The notes under the pieces are model-generated. The model was not told the origin of the DNA and ran no database searches. It saw only the letters and a list, made by a program, of their open reading frames with translations. A program made the translations under genes and the position numbers. This document shows, one piece after another, positions 1-6,545 of a stretch of DNA of 16,150 bases. The DNA is from an uncultured bacterium (GTDB taxonomy: Bacteria; UBP7; UBA6624), in the NCBI GenBank assembly GCA_964012435.1, contig CAXGSM010000019.1, forward strand, positions 1-16,150, written 5' to 3'. How positions within the stretch are numbered: position 1 is the first letter of the stretch; each line of letters begins with the position of its first letter.

Positions 1-1
1 T

Positions 2-130
2 GCTGCAGAAGAGCCCGTTACAGAAGAGCCCGCCGTTGAGGAGCTTGCTGCAGAAGAGCCCGCCGTTGAGGAGCTTGCTGCAGAAGAGCCCGTTACAGAA
101 GAGCCCGCCGTTGAGGAGCTTGCTGCAGAA
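2..130 (+). repeat. Coding 15-bp tandem repeat array (units A/B/C encoding AAEEP, VTEEP, AVEEL)
   Basis: A=gctgcagaagagccc, B=gttacagaagagccc, C=gccgttgaggagctt. Order is A(2-16) B C A C A B C then partial A (122-130). Copies of each unit are identical, and the array runs off the left edge. Confidence 0.95.
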
Positions 131-1141
131 TCCGAAAAAGTTTTGACTGCTTCTACCGCCAACAGCAATCAAAATTCTCTAGGTTTTTGGGTTCTTTTGC
201 TTGCTGGTCTTGGTCTTGCTTTTTCTCCTTGCGTTTTTCCAATTATGCCTATAGTGGTTCTTTCTGTGGCTGATGGAGAAAGAGGCTTAAAGGCATTTTT
301 TAATTCTCTGCCTTTTGTTTTTGGCCTGGTTTTGACATACTCGATTTGTGGTGCAGCTTTTGCATTGCTTGGAAAAGGCAGCGGTGCTGCTTTGCAAAGC
401 TCTTTTTTTGGTTGGTTTTTGTCTATCCTTTTTATCTCTATGGGTGTATTCATGCTTTCCGGCTACACTTTACCAGCATCTTCAAAAATATCAAAGTTTA
501 CAGATTTTTTAAGAACAAAAGGGAAAGTTGGTCTTGGTGCAGCTTTAGGCGTAGCTGCAACCCCCTGCACAGCTCCTGTTTTGGCCTCTGCTTCGGCAAC
601 TGTTTTACAGACTGGAAGTTTACTGGAAGGGTTTAAGCTTTTTGGAACTCTTGGACTTGGCATGGCTATACCTTTTATATGCTTTTCAACACTGGGAGCT
701 CAGATTCCTAAGGGTGGAAAGTGGCTGATAACGATTAAAAAAGTAATGGGTCTAGCTTTAGTTGCATATGGACTGTTTTTGGCTTGGTCAAGATTTGATT
801 CCGGAGATGGTTCAGTTCAGTCTGGAGCACAAGAAAAAAATCAAATTTATTACTTTACTGCTAAATGGTGTATTCCATGCAGGGCTGTAGATAAGAATGT
901 TTGGAAAGATGAAGAAGTAATAGCTTTTTTTGAAGATTCAAATTGGGAGTTTATAAAGGTTGATCTTACAGAAGAAAGTGAAGAGGAGTTTCGATTCAGG
1001 AATGAACATAACATTTCAGGACCACCTTCGCTTATTTTGATGTTTAGTGAAAATGGATTTGATGACACTGTTGTGCATATAGGAGAATTTACAAAAGAAG
1101 AGTTTTTTGAATTAGTTAACTCTTCTGACGGGGGCTTATGA
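2..1141 (+). CDS. dsbD: DsbD-like thiol:disulfide interchange protein (transmembrane domain + C-terminal thioredoxin domain), 5'-truncated
   Basis: The frame is open from nt 2 (AAEEPVTEEPAVEEL...SEKVLTAST), so the track's TTG at 143 is probably internal. It has the two TM cysteine motifs FSPCVFPIMP and ATPCTAP, multiple hydrophobic helices, then thioredoxin motif FTAKWCIPC and cis-Pro loop GPPS. TGA stop overlaps the next ATG (ATGA). Confidence 0.88.
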   Translation, partial: AAEEPVTEEPAVEELAAEEPAVEELAAEEPVTEEPAVEELAAESEKVLTASTANSNQNSLGFWVLLLAGLGLAFSPCVFPIMPIVVLSVADGERGLKAFFNSLPFVFGLVLTYSICGAAFALLGKGSGAALQSSFFGWFLSILFISMGVFMLSGYTLPASSKISKFTDFLRTKGKVGLGAALGVAATPCTAPVLASASATVLQTGSLLEGFKLFGTLGLGMAIPFICFSTLGAQIPKGGKWLITIKKVMGLALVAYGLFLAWSRFDSGDGSVQSGAQEKNQIYYFTAKWCIPCRAVDKNVWKDEEVIAFFEDSNWEFIKVDLTEESEEEFRFRNEHNISGPPSLILMFSENGFDDTVVHIGEFTKEEFFELVNSSDGGL

Positions 1142-1743
1142 AGAAAAAAAATAATTTTTTGGAGCATTTGAAAAGAAACATTTTGAGAGGTTTGCTTTCT
1201 CTCATTCCTATCCTTTTGGTTTTTAAGGTAGCTGAGCTAACCTACATTGCGATAGATAAAAATGTAATGAGCTTGATTGAACCTTTGATAAAGATAGAGA
1301 TTCCAGGCTTAGGCCTTTTAGTTTTGGTCATATTTCTGTATGTTGTTGGAGTTTTAATAAACAATATATTTGGAAAAAGCATCTTGGCTCTTTTTGAATC
1401 CTGGGTCTCAAAGATTCCGATTGTGGGGCAAACAATGAGTGTTGGAAAACAATTAGCCGAATCCTTGTCGCCTGAGGAAAGAAAAGCTTTTGATAAACCA
1501 GTTTTGATACCTTATTTGAAAGAAGGTCAATGGACTGTTGCTTTTATTTGCGGGAATATACATGATGAAAAAGAAAAAAAAGATTTAGTTAAGTGCTTTA
1601 TTCCCATTCCTCCAAATCCGGCAACTGGATGGGTTGTGTTTGTTGAGAAAAATAAAATAAGAGATACAGGTTGGACAAATGAAGAGGCTATGAAAGCTGT
1701 TATATCATTAGGTATCGTTACGCCTGAAAAAATCAAAAAATAA
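1138..1743 (+). CDS. DUF502 family membrane protein
   Basis: 201 aa with N-terminal TM segments (GLLSLIPIL, IPGLGLLVLVIFLYVVG), KIPIVG, and the C-terminal F-I-P-x-P-P-N-P-A-T-G and EEAMKAVISLG motifs typical of DUF502. Confidence 0.88.
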   Translation: MKKKNNFLEHLKRNILRGLLSLIPILLVFKVAELTYIAIDKNVMSLIEPLIKIEIPGLGLLVLVIFLYVVGVLINNIFGKSILALFESWVSKIPIVGQTMSVGKQLAESLSPEERKAFDKPVLIPYLKEGQWTVAFICGNIHDEKEKKDLVKCFIPIPPNPATGWVVFVEKNKIRDTGWTNEEAMKAVISLGIVTPEKIKK

Positions 1744-2786
1744 TGGACTTTCTAGCTGGACTTCTTTTGGGTGCTTTTATCCTTTATGTGATTCAAGAAA
1801 AAAAATACAAAAAAGAAATAAAAGAAAATGAAAAAGATTATGAAAGAAAGTTTGAAGAAAGGAATGAAAGCTTAAGCGCTGAAGGAAAGATGATTTTAGC
1901 AGAAGGTAAAAATGAATTGTCAAAACAGTTAAAAGACGACTTGAATGATTTCAAAAACAATATCTTGAAAGATTTTAGAGATGATTTGGAAGGGCAGAAA
2001 GAAAAAACAATTCAATTAAATCAACAATTGATAAATTATCAAAAAAATTATGATAAATTAACAGATTCAATAGACGTCCTTTCGGGAGCAATGGGAGGTC
2101 ATACAAGGCATGCCGGAGAGATAGGTGAATACTTGCTTGAAGATTTGCTAATAAACCATGGCTTGGTTAAAGGAGAGCATTTTTATACACAGAAAACTAC
2201 TGACGGAATGAGGCCAGATGTAGTTTTAAAAATGGGTTCCAAAGAATTTATTATTGATTCGAAATTTATAACAAAAAAATATTTAGATTATGTAAAGAGC
2301 AAAGATGAATCAGATTTAAAAGAACATGTTGCTCAACTGAAGGCAACTATTAGAAACCTTAGTAAAAGGGCCTATCAAAAAAAATCAAAAAATTCTTATG
2401 ATCAGGTTTTTATGTACATTCCTATAGATGATGCTTTTTTAGCTGCTGCAAGATTTGATCGAAGTCTTGGCCTGGAGGCAAGAAGGCATAACGTGATGGT
2501 TGTTTCTCCGTTTTTTCTTGTACCTTACATAGAGATTATTTCCAGATGGTGGAATCAAGGAAAAATAGAAGAGAGTCATCAGAAGCTTATTGATATTGTT
2601 GAGGCTATGTATAGCAAGTATTATGGTGTGTTGAAGAATGTCAATACGGCAAAAAAAGCCATGGATGATCTTCATGTAAAGTTAGAAGGTAAGGGTGGTT
2701 TTAAAAGAAAGCTTAAAGAGGCTGAAAAAATGGGCATAAATCCTCCAAGACTGATTGAGGAAAAGGATTCAGATTCATGGTCTTAA
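1743..2786 (+). CDS. rmuC: DNA recombination protein RmuC family
   Basis: N-terminal membrane anchor, long coiled coil, then GEIGEYLLEDLL, RPDVVL, IIDSKF (PD-(D/E)xK-like), LSKRAY, FMYIP and VMVVSP. Start overlaps the upstream stop (TAATG). Confidence 0.88.
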   Translation: MDFLAGLLLGAFILYVIQEKKYKKEIKENEKDYERKFEERNESLSAEGKMILAEGKNELSKQLKDDLNDFKNNILKDFRDDLEGQKEKTIQLNQQLINYQKNYDKLTDSIDVLSGAMGGHTRHAGEIGEYLLEDLLINHGLVKGEHFYTQKTTDGMRPDVVLKMGSKEFIIDSKFITKKYLDYVKSKDESDLKEHVAQLKATIRNLSKRAYQKKSKNSYDQVFMYIPIDDAFLAAARFDRSLGLEARRHNVMVVSPFFLVPYIEIISRWWNQGKIEESHQKLIDIVEAMYSKYYGVLKNVNTAKKAMDDLHVKLEGKGGFKRKLKEAEKMGINPPRLIEEKDSDSWS

Positions 2787-3358
2787 CACCTTCAAACATG
2801 GTAGCCTTAGGTACCGAGATGCCAACTTTTTCATTAAGGAATGTTCTTAATGGAGAGGTAGTGGATTCAGATTCTACAAGTCAAGAGAAGTTAACTTTAG
2901 TGATGTTTATTTGTGCGCATTGTCCCTATGTTGTGCATGTTGAAAAAGAGTTAGCTTTGTTTGCGAATGATTACAAAGATAAATTAGAGGTGATTGCTAT
3001 TTCAAGCAATGATGCAATTGCCTATCCCCAAGATTCTGTAGAAAATTTAAAAAAACAGGCAGAAAAAAATGGATTTAATTTTCCTTATTGTTTTGATGAA
3101 GACCAGTCTGTCGCTAAAGCTTTTAATGCACAATGCACTCCTGATTTTTTTCTTTTTGACGAAGGCAATAAATTGATTTATAGAGGTCAGTTTGATCAAA
3201 GCAGGCCAGGGAATGATGTTGCATGCAATGGCGAAAGCTTAAGAGCTGCTGTAGATTTGTTTTTAGAGAAAAAAGAAATAATCAAGCATCAATTTCCAAG
3301 TATAGGGTGCAATATTAAATGGATTAATAACATTAGATGGGGCAGTAATGAGAGTTAA
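2777..3358 (+). CDS. Thioredoxin-fold AhpC/TSA (peroxiredoxin-like) protein
   Basis: Motifs MFICAHCPYV, AISSND..YPQDS, FPYCFDEDQSVAKA, CTPDFFLFD, YRGQFD.SRPGN and SIGCNIKW. Confidence 0.9.
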   Translation: MVLTPSNMVALGTEMPTFSLRNVLNGEVVDSDSTSQEKLTLVMFICAHCPYVVHVEKELALFANDYKDKLEVIAISSNDAIAYPQDSVENLKKQAEKNGFNFPYCFDEDQSVAKAFNAQCTPDFFLFDEGNKLIYRGQFDQSRPGNDVACNGESLRAAVDLFLEKKEIIKHQFPSIGCNIKWINNIRWGSNES

Positions 3359-4268
3359 TGATCTTGTCGGAAATACTCCTCTTATTGAGTTGAAAAGGCT
3401 TTCCCCTAAAGGAAGAAAGGTTTTTGGAAAAGCTGAATATTTAAATCCTGGAGGTTCTGTAAAAGACAGGATTGGTTTTTTCATGATTGAAAAGGCTTTA
3501 GAGCGAGGTGAGCTGAAGGAAGGTCAACCAGTTATTGAGCCTACCGCTGGTAATACTGGCATTGCATTAGCCTTAGCTTGTTGTTTTTATGGCATAAAGA
3601 TGATTGCAGTTATGCCAGGTAGGTTTTCAAAAGAGAAAGAAAAAATTATTGTTGCTTTGGGTGGGAAGGTTGTTAGGACCCCTACAAGTGAAGGTATAGA
3701 GGGGGCTATAGAAAAAGCAGAGCAGTTAAAAAAGGAGCTTAACGGATGGGTCCCTTTGCAATTTTCAAATCCCGATAATGCTCAAGCTCATTTTGAAACA
3801 ACTGCTCCAGAGATAGATTCCCAACTAAAGAACATAGATGCTTTTGTTGCTGGGATTGGTTCAGCAGGAACCTTTGTAGGTGTTTCAAGGTTTTTAAAGA
3901 AAGTTAACAAAAATATAAAATGTATTGCAGTTCAACCTGAAGGGTCTGTTTTGCTTGGCGGCAACCCAGGGCCACATAAGGTTGAAGGCATAGGTGTAGA
4001 TGACATGGGCACCATTAAGCTTTGGGAAGAAGGTTTATGTGATGAGATAATCACTGTTTCTGATAAGGATGCTCACCTTGTAACAAAAAGGTTGGCAAGC
4101 GAGGAGGGTCTTTTGGTAGGAGCATCATCTGGGGCTTTGGTTTTTGCTGCTTTAAGCGTTGCAAAAAAACTTCCTGAAGGATCTAATGTAGTGACATTGT
4201 TGTGTGACTCTTCAGAAAGATATATATCTAAAAATATTTATTCAAGTTTTGAGGATTGGGAAAAATGA
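3348..4268 (+). CDS. mccA: PLP-dependent cysteine synthase family protein, probably O-acetylserine-dependent cystathionine beta-synthase (MccA-like)
   Basis: GNTPL and KAEYLNPGGSVKDR (PLP Lys). EPTAGNTG (Ala rather than the Ser of CysK EPTSGNTG), HKVEGIG and DSSERYISK.IY resemble Bacillus MccA/YrhA as I recall it. It lies directly upstream of a cystathionine gamma-lyase. Confidence 0.8.
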   Translation: MRVNDLVGNTPLIELKRLSPKGRKVFGKAEYLNPGGSVKDRIGFFMIEKALERGELKEGQPVIEPTAGNTGIALALACCFYGIKMIAVMPGRFSKEKEKIIVALGGKVVRTPTSEGIEGAIEKAEQLKKELNGWVPLQFSNPDNAQAHFETTAPEIDSQLKNIDAFVAGIGSAGTFVGVSRFLKKVNKNIKCIAVQPEGSVLLGGNPGPHKVEGIGVDDMGTIKLWEEGLCDEIITVSDKDAHLVTKRLASEEGLLVGASSGALVFAALSVAKKLPEGSNVVTLLCDSSERYISKNIYSSFEDWEK

Positions 4269-5401
4269 AAAATAAAAAATTTGACACAAAATGTATCCAC
4301 AATGAAAAAGGAATAGAAAAGCATACCGGTAGCGTAATGCCTCCAATAAATCTTTCATCTACTTACGCTCAATCTAGTCCAGGCAAACCTTTAGGCTCAT
4401 ATGAATATATACGAAGCGACAATCCGACCAGATCTGTACTTGAAAGCTTTTTGGCATCTTTGGAAAATGGAAAACATGCAATAAGCTTCTCTAGCGGAAT
4501 GGCTGCCGTTGCCAGCATAACAAGATTGCTTCAAAAAGGACAGGTTTTAGTTGCAGGAGATGACCTCTATGGTGGAACTGGAAGGTTCATGAATGATTTT
4601 TTAAAACCTGAAGGTTTTGAGGTTTTGTATGCAGATACGACAGACCCTGAGCGTTTTCAGCATTGGGATAAAGCAAGCCTGATATGGGTAGAGACACCAA
4701 CAAATCCTCTTTTGAAAATTACTGATATACAAAAAATAAAAAGCTTAGCTCCAAATGCAATATTAGTTGTCGATAATACTTTTATGAGCCCAAAGTTTCA
4801 AAATCCATTGGATCATGGCGCAGATATAGTTATGCATTCATCGACTAAATACATTGGCGGTCATTCTGATGTGTTGGGTGGGGCGGCAATAACTAACAGT
4901 GATCAGATTAACGAAAAATTGAAAAAAGTTCAAAATGACTTAGGGTCTGTTCCTAGCCCTTTTGATTGTTATATGTTGACAAGGGGAATAAAAACACTCT
5001 CTTTAAGAATGGAAAAACATGAAGAAAATGCGTCTTTTATAGCTGGTAAATTGAAAAATCATAACAATGTTGAAGTTGTTTACTGGCCGGGTTTAAAGAG
5101 CCATCATGGTCACATGATCCACAAATCTCAATCAAGCGGGTATGGAGGAATGGTCAGCTTTAAAGCTTCTAAAAACATTCACTTCGACAACCTTGTCTCT
5201 AAGAGAAAATATTGGACACTTGCTGAATCCTTAGGTGGAGTTGAAAGTTTACTTTGTGTTCCCTCTAAAATGACTCATTCAAGTATTGACGAAAAAACAA
5301 GACAAAAAAAAGGGATTACCGACAATCTTGTTAGGCTTTCCTGTGGCGTAGAAGATTGCGAAGATCTTTGGAATGATTTAGCGAAAGGGTTGGATTCTTA
5401 A
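4265..5401 (+). CDS. mccB: Cystathionine gamma-lyase/gamma-synthase family (MccB-like)
   Basis: Motifs YEYIRSDNPTR, FSSGMAA, DDLYGGT, ETPTNP, VDNTFMSP, HSSTKYIGGHSD (PLP Lys) and AESLGGVESL. ATG 4265 is preferred over TTG 4256 because it forms an ATGA overlap with the upstream stop and has GAGGA at 4251-4255. Confidence 0.82.
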   Translation: MKNKKFDTKCIHNEKGIEKHTGSVMPPINLSSTYAQSSPGKPLGSYEYIRSDNPTRSVLESFLASLENGKHAISFSSGMAAVASITRLLQKGQVLVAGDDLYGGTGRFMNDFLKPEGFEVLYADTTDPERFQHWDKASLIWVETPTNPLLKITDIQKIKSLAPNAILVVDNTFMSPKFQNPLDHGADIVMHSSTKYIGGHSDVLGGAAITNSDQINEKLKKVQNDLGSVPSPFDCYMLTRGIKTLSLRMEKHEENASFIAGKLKNHNNVEVVYWPGLKSHHGHMIHKSQSSGYGGMVSFKASKNIHFDNLVSKRKYWTLAESLGGVESLLCVPSKMTHSSIDEKTRQKKGITDNLVRLSCGVEDCEDLWNDLAKGLDS

Positions 5402-6472
5402 TTGAAGAGACCAGCAAAGTTTATTTTTATGGTTCATCCGCCTGAGGAAAAAGACTTATTCAGGATCCCACAACTTAGGTTTTTGAAGCATTTGCCAAAA
5501 GGCATTCCTGAAAGATTGGTTGGCTCCTTAGGGCCTTTTCCTCTTTTTAAAATAAAAGGTATAGAGACAACTGATGGTAAAAAAGCTGAAGGTTGGGTTT
5601 TAGGCTTGCTCTCAACTCCAAAATTAATGCTTCAAAAAAAACCAGAAAAAACATACAAGCTTTTGGTTAAAGCTTCTAAATGGGGTCAAAAGTATGGAGC
5701 AAAAATAATGGGACTCGGAGCTTTTACCAGTGTTGTTGGCGATGCTGGCTTGACAGTTGCTGAACGTAGCCCATTGGTGGTAACAACAGGAAATTCACTA
5801 ACTGTTGCAGCTACCATCAAAAGCATAGAGAGGATACTGGAGCTGACTAAAAGGGATATCGGGAAGGAAAAAATAGCAATAGTTGGCGCTACAGGTTCAA
5901 TAGGCAAGGCTGTTGCAAAATTACTTGCCAAAAAAGGTGCAAGATTGATACTTGTTTCAAAAACGAAAGAGAAGCTAGAAGCGCTTGCACGAAAATTAGG
6001 TAAAAATGTTGTTTCTTTTGGCACAAGTTCAAACTTGCTTAAAGATGTAAAGTTAATCGTAGGAGCGACAAGCTCATCAGGAAAGGCTATTCCTGTAGAA
6101 AAGTTAAATCCTGGATCTGTAATTGTTGACATTGCGCTACCTCCTGATTTAAGCAAAGATGAGGCTGCAAAAAGGACTGACTGTTTGGTTTTAGAGAGTG
6201 GTGAAATCCTCTTGCCGGGAAATCCTGAATTTTCTTATGATTGGCCTTTGCCAAAAAATATCGCTTATGCATGTGAGGCTGAAACCATATTGCTTTCTTT
6301 AACTGAATCTTTTGAACTGTCTACATTGGGAAGAGAGATAGATATAGCCAAGGTTGAGAAGATTTGGAAGCTTGCCGAAAAGAATGGCTTTAAATGGGCT
6401 GGCTTCAGATCTTTTGGACAAGACTTATCAGAAGAAAATGTTTTAAATTTCTTATCTAAAAATAATTTTTAA
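5402..6472 (+). CDS. Acyl-ACP-reductase-like / predicted amino acid dehydrogenase (COG5322-type NAD(P)-binding protein)
   Basis: Motifs F.F.VHP, GLGAFTSVVGD.G, TTGNSLT, Rossmann VGATGSIG, VD.A.P.D and YACEAETILL (equivalent to the catalytic-Cys motif of cyanobacterial AAR). The TTG start immediately follows the mccB TAA. Confidence 0.78.
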   Translation: MKRPAKFIFMVHPPEEKDLFRIPQLRFLKHLPKGIPERLVGSLGPFPLFKIKGIETTDGKKAEGWVLGLLSTPKLMLQKKPEKTYKLLVKASKWGQKYGAKIMGLGAFTSVVGDAGLTVAERSPLVVTTGNSLTVAATIKSIERILELTKRDIGKEKIAIVGATGSIGKAVAKLLAKKGARLILVSKTKEKLEALARKLGKNVVSFGTSSNLLKDVKLIVGATSSSGKAIPVEKLNPGSVIVDIALPPDLSKDEAAKRTDCLVLESGEILLPGNPEFSYDWPLPKNIAYACEAETILLSLTESFELSTLGREIDIAKVEKIWKLAEKNGFKWAGFRSFGQDLSEENVLNFLSKNNF

Positions 6473-6491
6473 TAGCTGATTTACAGATGTA

Positions 6492-6500
6492 TGGTAGAAT
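6492..6500 (+). promoter_or_regulatory. Putative extended -10 promoter (TGgTAGAAT) for the clpC operon
   Basis: TG-n-TAGAAT in the 73-nt gap upstream of clpC. No convincing -35. Confidence 0.5.
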
Positions 6501-6545
6501 AGTCAGGTACGAGTGTGTCTTTTAACGCTTTAAGTGTGATTAAAT

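Noticed and set aside
2..130. CRISPR array
   Set aside because: Units are contiguous 15-mers with no unique spacers, keep the reading frame of DsbD, and there are no cas genes.
5402..6472. Cyanobacterial alkane biosynthesis locus
   Set aside because: No aldehyde-deformylating oxygenase in the window. The motifs support only family-level similarity to AAR.
6473..6545. CtsR box or CIRCE upstream of clpC
   Set aside because: Only one half-site-like AGTCAGG (6501-6507), with no second GGTCAAA-like heptad and no TTAGCACTC-N9-GAGTGCTAA inverted repeat.
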